This document shows, in pieces, positions 49,801 through 63,241 of a stretch of 64,000 nt of DNA. Positions within the stretch are counted from its first letter, which is position 1. The number at the start of each line of letters is the position of its first letter. Source of the DNA: Eledone cirrhosa (taxonomy: Eukaryota); contig OZ024744.1 of assembly GCA_964016885.1 (NCBI GenBank), positions 123,442,001 through 123,506,000 on the forward strand, given 5' to 3'. The position numbers and the translations under genes were made by a program. The notes beneath the pieces are model-generated. The model saw nothing but the letters and a program-made list of their open reading frames with translations. It was not told where the DNA came from and made no database searches.

Positions 49801-51341
49801 AGTCGGTACTGGGTACTTTTTGTCGTGACACCTACATGACCATTTTACAGTGTGTAGTAAGGACTTTATGTCATGGCACCTACATGATCTGTTTTCAGTG
49901 TGTACTGGGTACGTTTACTTGTGACATGTACATGACCACTTTACAGTGTGTACTGGGTACCTTTTGTTGTGACATACCTACATGACCACTTTATAGTATG
50001 GGTGTGTGATTTTTTGGTGACACCTACATGACCAATTGATAGTGTGTACTGGGTACTTTTTGTTGTGTCACCTACATGACCACTTTACAGTATGTACTGT
50101 GTGCTTTTTGTATGACACCTACATGACCACTTTACAGTATGTACTGGGTACTTTTTGTGTGACACCTACATGATTACTTTACAGTGTGTACTGGGTACTT
50201 TTTGTTGTGACACCTACATGACCACTTTACAGTGTGGACTGGGTACTTTTAGTTGTGATACCTGCATGCCCACTTTACAGTTTAGGAGATTAGTATCGGT
50301 GTACATATAAATTTATTACAAAAGAAAATAAATGCCCGTGTGTGTTGTGATAATGTTTTTACTTCATAGAAGTCAAAGGTATTAATATAAATGAATCCTT
50401 ACCCGTGGATCACAACTCCAGGCTGAAGTGTGTAGAGAAAAGGAGAGATCTTTTCTAGCTGGTGTTACCATCTTCATAGTCTCTTAGGCTGCCGGTTGCA
50501 TTCTTCTTGGAGGCGAAGGATTATGAGAAAGGAATCATCTCATGCTAAGGTCGCAGGTGTTACTACTTTGGATTTCAGCAGGCGAGAGAGAAAGATTGTC
50601 CTGACCTGTTCCTTTTATAGGGTCTGACCGGAAGTGACCAACAGGGAGTCTGTCAACCCCAAAGGGAAGCAACTCCAACTACTTCCTGTCTAGAGAGCGG
50701 TGATGAAATTGTCATGACAAGGGAGGAATCTCTTGCTACATTTCCCCCCGCCAGATTTTAAAAACATAAAAATCGAATGAAGCATGCATGGAGTAAGATG
50801 GCGAGCATGTAAGAGGCATGAAAATTATGATACAATGTAATAAAAGTAAGAGAATAGGTCAAAGTTCAAAATACAGTTAACATGTGTGCAATCACATGAC
50901 AGCAGGAAAGAATGTGTTCCAGAGAATGAATGTATGTGGTTTCTGGTCTGTAGTATAACGTGAAATTTCCAACTTCCGAAGGGAATTTCTCACAGGAAGA
51001 GTGCTGCAGAAATAAATTCACTTGCTTGTTCTGCTGGTTTTGGTTGTTGATGAAGCTGTGTTGTTGTTGTTGATGTTGTGAATGCGTTGACCTGGAAGGG
51101 TCAAGAGGCCAGTGACCAGAGAAATAAGCATTCTGAATAAATGCGCAGTTTTCAACGGCAAATTTACGTGGTAAATTTATAAACCGGCAAATAGAAGAAT
51201 ATAGCTTAAAATGTTCGTTGTAAAAGGAAACGAAAAACATATATATACATCCAGTGAAATGGTAATGATAGGTACATTGTAATACAATAAATCAATAAAT
51301 AACAAGAACAGCAAAAAAAATATAAGGCTCCAGTGGCCAGT

Positions 51342-54300
51342 TCACATAAAAATAGTTTGGCAGAATAGTTTGGGCCAGTGGACTCTCCGACCGGAACGGG
51401 TCGTAGTCTTGTATGTAGGTGAAGGTGGGGCAGAAGGAGCAGGTGTATGCACAAGAGAGAAAGATTGGGGTATTTGTGGCTCGGGTGTATGAGCGTCATT
51501 GTGTGCCCTTTTCAGTCTATCCATTGAAATTGTCTCTCTGGACCCTTAACGTCTACAGTGAAATGTTTGTCAGTACGTGATAACACACGGTAGGGTCCAG
51601 AGTATGGTTATGTGAGGGGTGGTCTCACAGCATCGTTCCTTACGAGCACATGGGTCCACGAGGCAATATCCCTCGGTACCGCAGGTTTTACAGTTTGTTT
51701 CCTCGTATTCATCGGCGGCAGGTCCTGAAAATAAGAACGCAGACGGGATACGTAGGAAAGCGGATCTTGGAAAGCAAGATCAACAGGAGCAAGCATTTGC
51801 CCAGGCAACGCTAGAGGAGCACCGTAAAGTAATTCGGCCGGTGAGAACCCAAGGTCGTCCTTTATTGATGAACGAATTCCTAATAACACAATAGGAAGGT
51901 ACTCGCTCCAACGTTGAGAGTCTGGATAGGCGCGAAGAGCGGCCTTTATTTGGCGGTGGAATCGTTCCACCATTCCATTTGAAGCAGGATGATAGGCTGT
52001 GGTCCGAATCCGTTGAGCTCCAATTATTTTTGTGAGCTCAGAGAAGAGATGGGACTCGAATTGTCTACCACGGTCTGTGGTGAGTGTAGTTGGTACCCCA
52101 AAGCGGGTAATCCACCCTGATACCAGGGCACGTGCTACAGTCCCAACAGTCATATCTTGTAAAGGGTTGGCTTCAGGCCATCGCGAAAAACGATCGACAC
52201 AGGTCAATATGTATGAATATCCATTGCTGAATGGCCAAGGTCCAACAATGTCAATGTGGATGTGTTGAAACCGAGCATCTAGAGTACTGAAAGTACCAAG
52301 TGGAGTCCGGATGTGTCTATGGATCTTCGATTTCTGGCAAGCGATGCAGGAACGGCACCAAGCAACAATGTCGCGCCTCATATTAGGCCAGAAGAATCTG
52401 GCTGTTATGAGCTTTACTGTGGCAGCAGATCCTGGGTGAGAAATGTTGTGCAAAGCCAGGAACACAATTCGACGGTGAGTCTCAGGAACAAGTGGTCGTG
52501 GTGCATCAGTAGATACATCACATAGAATCTGCCTGTCGGTAGTGGATACGGGCAGATATTTGAAAATGCAAGTCGCAAATTCAGCAGAAAGAGTGTCCAA
52601 CGATTGGAGTGCAGGTTGGTCTGCAGCTAAACGACCTAAGTCGATCTCCTGGGATGACGAGATGGAGCTAATTGGCAAACGTGACAATGCGTCTGCAACT
52701 ATGTTGTGCGAGCCGGCAATGTGCTGGATATCGTTTGTAAATTGTGAAACGTAGTCCAGGTGCCTTGTCTCTCTGGGCGAATATCTGTCGGCTTTGGCCC
52801 TCAAAGCGAAGGTCAACGGTTTGTGGTCGGTAAAAACTGTAAAATTTCTCCCCTCAAGAATATGAGAGAAATGTTTCACCGACAGATATATGGCTAATAA
52901 TTCCCGCCCAAACGCGTTTCTGCTGGTTTCAGCTTCCTCGAGAAAAATGCCAAAGGTGGTTGGTTTTCAGCGTAGGACTGGTGTAAAACTGCTCCCACAG
53001 CGGTATCAGATGCATCAACACAAAGCGAAAGCTTGGCCTCTGGTACCGGGTGGGCTAGCAAAGATGAACTAGCGAGTGCTGTCTTGGCAGACTGGAAGTC
53101 TTGAAGCTGTCCTTGTGTCAAGGAAATGTCTTCATTCTTGTTACGACGATTTTTTAAAATGTCAGTAAGAGAAGATAGCAAATTAGCACAATGAGGAACG
53201 AAACGCCTATAGATATTGATTAGGCCTAAGAAGTGACGCAACTGGTGGAGTGTAGTAGGCGGAGGTAACTCCTGTATGGTTTGAACTCGCTGAGGGAGCG
53301 GCCTAATACCTTCGGCGTCGATGAGGTGGCCTAAAAAATTTAGGGAAGTGGAACCGAAAACACACTTTGCAGGATTCACGCGAACGCGGTAATCCTGAAG
53401 TCGCCGATATAAGAGAAGCATGTGGCGCATATGCTCTTCCGGAGAGGAACTAACGACGAGAATATCGTCTATGTAAGCATAAACGAGGTCCAGACCACGC
53501 GTGACCTCGTCTATGAACCGCTGAAAAGTGCTAGCGGCGTTCCTGAGTCCGAAAGGCATGGTCAAAAATTCGAAGCATCCGAAAGGGGTTGTAATCGCCG
53601 TTTTCGGAATATCCTCCTTCCTGACCGGAATTTGGTGGTAGGCTCGCACTAAATCTAACTTAGAAAAAATCTTTCACCCCTGCAGTGAAGATGCAAAATC
53701 GTGGAGATGGGGAATGGGATACCTATCCGGGACGGTCATGGCATTTAACCTCCTATAATCCCCAGTGGGTCTCCAGTCGCCGCAAGTCTTGGGCACCATG
53801 TGTAACGGGGAAGCCCAAGGACTCGTAGATGGGCGAATAATTCCCAGCTGCAGCATATGGTCGAACTCGGACCGTGCTGCCTTTAATTTTTCCGTCGGTG
53901 AGCGGCGTGGACGCGAAAACACTGGAGCACCGGTGGTGGAAACGAAATGTTCGGTCGAGTGTGTTGGGGCAGTGACTCGAAAATTTCCATCCGTGAGCTC
54001 CGGGAAAGAACCCAGCAACGAATGGTAGACGTCTCCAGCGGCAGCGATGAAGAATATGGGGATGACTGTTGGAGAATTGGCTTCCTGGCAATGAATTGAA
54101 AAGCCGGTGATGTTATCCACCAGGCGTTGGCCACGGACGTCCACAGTTAAAGAGAAGTTGTGGAGGAAATCCGCTCCTAAGATGGGATATGGCAAATCGG
54201 CAACCGTAAAAATCCACTTAAAATCCCTTCGAAGATTTAGGAATTTGAGAGGAAGCGAGATTTGCCCGTACGTCTTTATAGACGAGTGGTTAACTGCCTG

Positions 54301-54858
54301 CAGCATAACAGATGACTCTGTAGCAGTTGCCTCCCTTGTTGTGACGCACAACCCCAATAGATTAACACCATCTAGACAGGAAGTAGAACCCTTTCTGTAA
54401 CTTCCGGTCAGAACCCTATAAAACTAACAACTTTAAGTTCTCACTCTCTCATTCGCCTTTTCGGTCAGGCGCCTCCTGGCTTTCGCCAGGAGTCTTTATC
54501 CAGGCGCCTTCTGCCAGCCACGTTCGTTTGGCAATCAAACGGTAACTAATAACTTTGCTTCATTCTTTCATTTATTTCTTTGACATGTTAACTATACTGT
54601 TCTATATATATCCATGATTGTTAATTAAATATTATACACACAAACAATGTCTATTTTGTTACATTCATACAACCCAGTTTTCCGCTATAACTCTATGGGG
54701 GTATCTTTCACGCAATAGACTGGCCAAATACTACAGGAGGCTCCTGTATCCACGAGGAAACCCCTTCCGGACATTAGGTCCTTAATGAAGAAATGGCGGT
54801 TTGGTGGCTTTATGTTGAGGTCAGCTGTCCCCATCAGCGGACCTCTTAGGCGTTTCCC
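51342..54858 (-). pseudogene. pol: Element E pol (PR-RT-RH-IN), frameshifted and split by a solo LTR
   Basis: [51 protein letters not shown] and TRSGRRVHWP. Confidence 0.93.
54319..54689 (+). mobile_element. Solo LTR (N3 type) inserted in the protease of E
   Basis: TGTAGCAG...GCTATA with TSD ACTC (54315-54318 / 54690-54693). Similar to 44644-45006. Confidence 0.92.
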
Positions 54859-55640
54859 GCCTTATGAAAGGAGCAAGGTTGCACGCAGTGATTCGCGTTC
54901 TCAGCAAATCGCTCGTGGTACCAGCATAAAGATGAAGCTGGTGATTTAGAACGACGTCTAAAACTTTACGATCTCCCGCGACTGCGGGGGTGCGAACGGG
55001 CACCACACAAGGCCTTCATCTTGTGGAGCTCTATGGTGAGTTCCTGAATGGACCTTTGCATCGCCATAATGGTTGCGCTGTCTATTGGCGCTGCCGCGTA
55101 GATCGCATGGCCGTGTGTGGCCCGAGCTGGGTGGTGAACAGCGGCAAGGGGGTCGCTGCCTCCGACATTTGTCACCTCCAAAACTTTGTCCGCAGAGGCG
55201 GCAAGCTGATCCACCGTGCTTGTATCCCTCATGGGGGCTAAAATTGCCTGTACTTTGGTCTGCAGGCGCAAGAAGAACAACTGCTTCAGCAGGGCAGTTT
55301 CCGCTACCGACCCCTCCGTTAGGTCCTTCTTTCGCCTTAGGAGGTTCGATGGGGTGTCATCCCCTATATGCTCCAGATGGACCAAGGCCCTAAATCTTTT
55401 TTCTGAAGACTGTTCTGTCCGGCTGAGTATTTTAGCCTTCAGAGACGTGTACGTCGAGTCTGTGGGTGTCTCTAACACCAGGTCCTTAATCGCTAGGAGA
55501 AATGCCGGCGGAATTGCGCTAAGGACCACAGGACGTTGTAGTTCCTCGTCAATTCTGTTCGCCTTGAAAAATGCTTCGAGTTGGGCGAACCATAGCCTTA
55601 CGTCGCCCGTGTACGTTGGCAGAACAGAGTGAGAAGCCAT
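54846..55640 (-). pseudogene. gag: Element E gag
   Basis: LPTYTGDVRLWFAQLEAFF, and knuckle CWYHERFAENANHCVQPC at ~54878-54931. Confidence 0.9.
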
Positions 55641-57448
55641 TGGTATACCGTAGGTAATTTACCGTTTGGAAAAATGTCTCTAACGCAACAGAAAAGGAAA
55701 ACAAAATCGCTTATTTTTCCCTGTCAAACCACTGGACCGGAAAAATAATGCATCCAGGATAATATGCAAAAAAGCGATTAAGTGAATGCTGCTATTACTA
55801 AGGTAAGGGCAAGGAACTTTAAAAAAAAAATCCAACATGGCGGACTATTTTGCGCCAAAAACACTAATGATGGACAAGAGAGACTCCATCTTGTCATCCT
55901 CAAAAATGTTTAGCCAGAGAAGGGTAGGGCAGAAAAGGAGAGAAAAAAAAGGCAAAAACATTCATACAATTGCTGTTTGTTTGTGTGTCAATAATTGTAG
56001 GTGTTCGTTTTGTATTAAATTGTTATTTTTTTTAATTTTTCTTCTGTTATTTTTTTCTCTATATACACCGTATACCATTTCCCATTTTTAAAAATTTTTT
56101 TTTAAAATCACGTCGGGGGTCACCACTTTAGGAGATTAGTATCGGTGTACATATAAAATTATTACAAAAGACAATAAATGCCGGTGTGTGTTGTGATAAT
56201 ATTTTTATTTCACAGAAGTCAAAGGGATTAATATAAATGAATCGTTACCCGTGGATCACAACTCCAGGCTGAAGTGTGTAGAGAAAAGGAGAGATCTTTT
56301 CTAGCTGGTGTTAACATCTTCTAAGGTTCTTTGGCTGCTGGTGGCATCCTTCTTGGTGGCGAAGGATTATGAGAAAGGAATCATCTCATGCTAAAGTCGC
56401 GGGTGTAACCACTTTGGATTTCAGGAAGCGAGAGAGAAAGATTGTCCTGACCTGTTCCTTTTATAGGGTCTGACCGGAAGTGACCAACAGGGCGTCTGTC
56501 AACCCCAAAGGGAAGCAACTCCAGCTACTTCCTGTCTAGAGAGCGGTGATGAGATTGTCATGACAAGGGAGGCAACTCTTGCTACGACAGTGTGGACTGG
56601 GTATCTTTTGTTGTGACACCTACATGATCACTTTACAGTGTGTACTGAGTAATTTTTGCTTGACACCTGCATGACCAATTTATAGTGTGCAATGTGGGCT
56701 TTTTGTTGTGACACCTACATGACCACTTTACTGTGAGTACTGGGTAATTTTGTTGTGACAACTACATGACCATGTTACAGTGTGGACAGGATGCCTTTTG
56801 TTGAGACACCTATATGACGACTCTACAGTGTGTACTGTGTACTTTTTGTCATGAGACCTACATGACCACTTTACAGTGTGTACTGGGTACTTTTTGTTGT
56901 GACACCTACATGACCACTTTATAGTGTAGGGTGGGTGATTTTTTTTGGTGACACCTTCATGATCAGTTAACAATGTGTATTGGGTGCTTTTTGTTGTGAC
57001 ACCTACATGACCACTTTAGTGTCTACTGGGTACTTTTTGTCATGACACCTACATAACCACCTTACAGTGGTATCATTATAAGAAGTGATTGCGACTCTTA
57101 GGCGCTAAAACAGCCAAGTAACCTCACAAGTATCACCTAACAGCTCTGTAGACAAATTGCTACCAATGACAAAATATACAAGTTAACAAATAGGTTAAGA
57201 AGACCTAAATTATTCGCAAATTACACTCACATTTTATGACATATCAAAGTCATCACAGTATAACGAACATTTTACTACACTAGCACGGGTTGGACAGATT
57301 GTACTATTTGAGGCAAGTCAGGTCAGATGACCGTGTCTTACTCATATAGATGTTTCTCGCTTGGTTTCTACAAATAAATGCCCATCCTAACGCCAACTAT
57401 ATTTACAGTATGTACAGCGTACTTTTTGCAATGACACCTTCATGACCA

Positions 57449-57811
57449 TGTAGATGATCACGCCACCTAGCGTCGACTTTGGAGGCAGTCGAATAACTGC
57501 CCTTAGTTCTAACGTCATGTTCTGACGCCAGTAGCTGAAATAATAGGCTCTTGAATGGTAATACCTCGGAGTTAATAGACGTGTTTCATGCAGTGACCCA
57601 AACAGCGATATCACAACATGCGGTCGCGGTATAATACAATTATTGACAATTACCCAACCTAGGAGCACTGATGTATTTAACTATATTATTTAATTGCTCT
57701 AATTAAAATGTTAACATAACATAATTTTGAGGTATGTTCCTTCTTCCTTGGTTGACCATGTGCCAGTATATTATATCCAATTAGACGGGATGTCTGAACA
57801 CGCCGGCTAAA
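57449..57811 (+). mobile_element. Solo LTR related to the element-B LTR
   Basis: TGTAGATGATCACGCC...GCTAAA with TSD ACCA/ACCA. Confidence 0.9.
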
Positions 57812-59389
57812 ACCACTTTGCAGTGTGTACTGAGTACTTTTTGTCATGACACCTATATGACGACTACAGTGTGGATTGGGTACTTTTTGTTGTGACACCT
57901 ACATGACCATTTTACAGTGTGTACTGGGTACTTTTTGTTGTGACACCTACATGACTACTTTACAGTGTAGACTGGGTACTTTTTTGTTGTGACACCTACA
58001 TCACCACCATACTGAGTGTAATGGGTACTTTTTGTTGTGACACCTACACTAAAATATTACAGTGTGTACTGGGTACTTTTTATTGGGACTCCTACATGAC
58101 CAGTTTACAGTATGTACTAGATACTTTTTGTGTGACACCTACATGATTACTTTACATTGTGTACTGAGTACTTTTTGTTGTGACACCTACATAACCACTT
58201 TAAAGCGTCTACTGGGTACGTTGTATTGTGACACTTACATGACCAGTTTACAGTGTGTACTGGGTACTTTTTGTCATGACACCTACACAACCCCTTTACA
58301 ATGTGAACTGGGTGTCTTTTGTCATGACACCCATGTGATCACTTTACTGTGAGGTCTGGGTGCTTTTTGTTGTGACACCTACATGACCACTTTACAGTGT
58401 GTGCTGAGCACTTTTTGTTAGGAGATCTACATGAATACATTACAGTCGGTACTGGGTACTTTTTGTTGTGACACCTACATGACCATTTTACAGTGTGTAA
58501 TAAGGACTTTATGTCATGGCACCTACATGATCTGTTTTCAGTGTGTACTGGGTACGTTTACTTGTGACATGTACATGACCACTTTACAGTGTGTACTGGG
58601 TACTTTTTGTTATGACATACCTACATGACCACTTTATAGTATGGGGTGTGTGATTTTTTGGTGACACCTACATGACCAATTTATAGTGTGTACTGGGTGC
58701 TTTTTGTTGTGACACCTACATGACCACTGCACAGTGTGTACTGAGTACATTTTGCATGACAGTTGCATGACCAATTTATAGTGTGCAATGTGGGCTTTTT
58801 GTTGTGACACCTACATGACCACTTTACAGTGTGTATTTGTTGTTGTGACACCTACATAACCACTTTATAGTGTGGGGTGGGTGATTTTTTTGGTGACACC
58901 TAGATGACCACTTTACATTGTGGACTGCATACTTTTTGTTGTGACACCTACATGACTACAATGTGTACTGGGTACTTTTTGTCATGACAGCTACATAACA
59001 ACCTTACAGTGGAATGATTATAAGAAGTGATTGCGACTCTTAGGCGCTAAAATAGCCAAGTACCCTCACAAGTATCACCTAACAGCTCTGTAGACAAGTT
59101 GCTACCAATGACAAAATATACAAGTTAATAAATAGGTTAAGAAGACCTAAATTATTCGCAAATTACGTTCACATTTTATGACATATCATCAAAGTCATCA
59201 CAGTATAACGGCCATTTTACTACACTAGCATGGGTTGGACAGATTGTACTATTTGAGGCAAGTCAGGTCAGATGACCGTGTCTTACTCATATAGATATGT
59301 TTCTCGCTTGGTTTCTACAAATAAATGCCCATCCTAACCATATTTACAGTGTGTACTGGGTACTTTTTGTCATGACACATACATGACAA

Positions 59390-59752
59390 TGTAGAAGATC
59401 ACGCCACATAGCGTAGAGTTTGGAGACAGTCGAATAACTGCCCTTAGTTCTAACGTCATGTTCTGACGTCAGTAGCTGAAACAATAGGCTTTTGAATGGT
59501 AATACCTCGGAGTTAATAGACGTGTTTCATGCAGTGACCCAAACAGCGATATCACAACATGTGGTCACGGTATAATACAATTATTGACAATTACCCAACC
59601 TAGGAGCACTGATGTATTTAACTATATTATTTAATTGCTCTAATTAAAATGTTAACATAACATAATTTTGAGGTATGTTCCTTCTTCCTTGGTTGACCAT
59701 GTGCCAGTATATTATATCCAATTAGACGGGATGTCTGAACACACCGCCTAAA
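59390..59752 (+). mobile_element. Second copy of the same solo LTR insertion
   Basis: Same sequence and flanks (ACAA/ACCA). Confidence 0.9.
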
Positions 59753-62700
59753 ACCACCTTGCAGTGTGTACTGAGTACTTTTTGTCATGACACCTATATG
59801 ACGACTACAGTGTGGATGGGTACTTTTTGTTGTGACACCTACATGACCATTTTACAGTGTGTACTGGATACTTTTTGTTGTGACACACCTACATGGCCAC
59901 TTTATATTGTGTGGTGGGTGACTTTTGTGGAGACACCTACATGACCAGTTTACAGTGAGTACTGGGTGCTTTTTATTGTAACACCTACATGACCACTTTA
60001 GAGTGTGTGCTGGGTACTTTTTGTGGTGACTCCTACATGATCGGTTTACAGTTTGTACTGGGTACTTTTTTCCATGACACCTACATGACTACTTTACAGT
60101 TTTTACTGGGCACATTTTGATGTGATATCTACATGACCCCTTTAGAATCTGGACTGGGTACTTTTTGCTGTTACACCTACATGTCCACTTTACAATGTGT
60201 ACTGGGTACTTTTTGTTGTGACAAATACATGACCACCTTAAAGTGTGTACTGGGTACCTTTTGTTGTGACACCTACATGATAACTTTACAGTGGGCCACG
60301 CATACTTATTGTTGTGACACCTACATGACCAATTTATAGTGTGAACTGGGTACGTTTTGAAATGACACCTACACTACCACTTTACAGTGTGTACTGAGTA
60401 CTTTATGTCATGACATCTACATGGCCACTTTACAGTGTGTACTGGGTACGTTTAGTTGTGACATCTACATGACCAGTTTACAGTGTGTACTGGGTGCTTT
60501 TTATTGTGACACACCTACATGACCACTTTATAGTGTGGGGTGGGTGCTTTTGGTTGTGACACCTACATGACCACTTTTTTCAGTGTGTGCTGGGTACTTT
60601 TTGTGGTGACACCTACATGACCACTTTAGAGTGTGTACTGGGTATTTTTTGTCATGACACCTACATGACCATATTACAATGTGCACTGAGTACTTTTTTT
60701 GTTTTCACACCTACATGATTACTTCACAGTCTGTACTGGGTACTTTTTGTCATGACACCTACATGACCACTTTACAGTGTGTACTGGGTACTTTTTGTTG
60801 TGACACCTACATGACTACTTAACAGTGTGTACTGGGCACTTTTTGTTGTGACACCTACATAACCACTTTACAGTCTGGACAGGGTCCTTTTTGTTGTTAC
60901 ACCTACATGACCACTTTACGGTATTTACTGGGTAGGTTTTGTGTGACACCTACATGATTACTTTACAGTCTGTACTGGGTACTTTTTGTTGTGACACATA
61001 CATGACTACTTTACAGTGTGTACTGAGTACTTTTTGTTGTGACACCTACATGACCACTTTACGGTATGTACTGGGTACATTTTGTGAGACACCTACATGA
61101 TTACTTTACAGTGTGACTGGGCCCTTTTTGTCATGATACCTGCATGACCAATTTATAGTGTGAAATGTGGCCTTTTTGTTGTGACACCTACATGACCACT
61201 TTACAGTGTGTACTGGGTACTTTTTGTCATGACACCTACATGACCACTTTACAGTGTGTACTGGGTACTTTTTGTTGTGACACCTACATGACTACTTTAC
61301 AGTGTGTACTGGGTACTTTTTGTTGTGACCACTACATGACCACTTTACTGTGTAGACTGGGTACATTTTGTTGTCGCACCTACTGGACCACTTTACAGTG
61401 TTTTCTGGGTACTTTTTGTTGTGATACCTACATGATCACTTTACAGTCAGTACTGGGTACTTTTTGTCGTGACACCTATATGACCATTTTACGGTGTGTA
61501 GTGAGGACTTTATGTCATGGCACCTACATGATCACTTTACGGTGTGTACTGGGTACGTTTAGTTGTGACACCTACATGACCACTTTACAGTGTGTACTGA
61601 GTACTTTTTGTTGTGACATACCTACATGACCACTTTATAGTGTGCGGTGGGTGATTTTTGTTTTAATACCTACATGACCACTTTACAGTGTGTACCGAGT
61701 ACGTTTTGTGTGACACCTACATGACCAGGTTACAGTGTAGACTGGGTACTTTTTATTGTGACACCTACACTGCCACTTTACAGTGTGTAGTGGGTACTTT
61801 TTGTTGTGACACCTACATGACCACTTTAGTGTATGTACTGCGTACGTTTTTGTGACACCTACATGATTACTTTACAGTGTGTACTGGGTACTTTGTGTTG
61901 TGCCACCTACATGACCACTTTACAGTGTGGACTGGGTACTTTGTGTTGTGCCACCTACATGACCACTTCACAGTGTGACTTGGCCTTTTTTGTCATGATA
62001 CCTGCCTGACCAATTTATAGTGTGAGATGTGGCCTTTTTGTTGTGACACCTACATGACCACTTTACAGTGAGTACTGGGTACTTTTTGTCATGACACCCA
62101 AATAACTACTGTACCGTGTGTACTGGGTACTTTATGTTGTGACACATACATGACCACTTTATAGTGTGGGGTGGGTGATTTTTTGGTGACACCTACATGA
62201 TCAGTTTACAGTGTGTATTGGGTACCTTTTGTTGTGACACCTACATGACCACTTTTCAGTGTGGACTGGATTCTTTTTGTCATGACTTCTACATGACCAC
62301 TGTACAGTGTGTACTGGGTACTTTTTGGTGTGACATCTACATGACCACTTTATAGTGTGGGGTGGGTGATTTTTTTGGTGACACCTACATGACAACTTTA
62401 CAGTGTGGACTGGGTTCTTTTTGTTGTGACACCTACATGTCTACAATGTGTACTGGGTACTTTTTGTCATGACAGCTACATAACAACCTTACAGTGGAGA
62501 GATTATAAGAAGTGATTAGGACTCTTAGGCGCTAAAACAGCCAAGTACCCTCACAAGTATCACCTAACAGCTCTGTAGACAAATTGCTACCAATGACAAA
62601 ACATACAAGTTAAAAAATAGGTTAAGAAGACCTAAATTATTCGCAAATTACACTCACATTTTATGACATATCATCAAAGTCATCACAGTATAACGGCCAT

Positions 62701-62878
62701 TTTACTACACTAGCATGGGTTGGACAGATTGTACTATTTGAGGCAAGTCAGGTCAGATGACCGTGTCTTACTCATATAGATGTTTCTCGCTTGGTTTCTA
62801 CAAATAAATGCCCATCCTAACGCCAACTATATTTACAGTCTGTACTGCGTACTTTTTGCAATGACACCTTCATGACCA

Positions 62879-63241
62879 TGTAGATGATCACACCACCTAT
62901 CGTCGACTTTGGAGGCAGTCGAATAACTGCCCTTAGTTCTAACGTCATGTTCTGACGCCAGTAGCTGAAATAATAGGCTCTTGAATGGTAATACCTCGGA
63001 GTTAATAGACGTGTTTCATGCAGTGACCCAAACAGCGATATCACAACATGCGGTCGCGGTATAATACAATTATTGACAATTACCCAACCTAGGAGCACTG
63101 ATGTATTTAACTATATTATTTAATTGCTCTAATTAAAATGTTAACATAACATAATTTTGAGGTATGTTCCTTCTTCCTTGGTTGACCATGTGCCAGTATA
63201 TTATATCCAATTAGACGGGATGTCTGAACACGCCGGCTAAA
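62879..63241 (+). mobile_element. Third copy of the same solo LTR insertion
   Basis: Same sequence and flanks (ACCA/ACCA). Confidence 0.9.

Larger units (their letters stand above)
50281..56586 (-). mobile_element. Gypsy element E (CsRn1/Kabuki clade), full length, inserted in the satellite
   Basis: LTRs 56127-56586 and 50281-50740. TSD ACAG (50277-50280 / 56587-56590). PBS TGGTGACCCCCGACGTGAT at 56107-56125, PPT CTGGCGGGGGGAAA. Confidence 0.95.
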
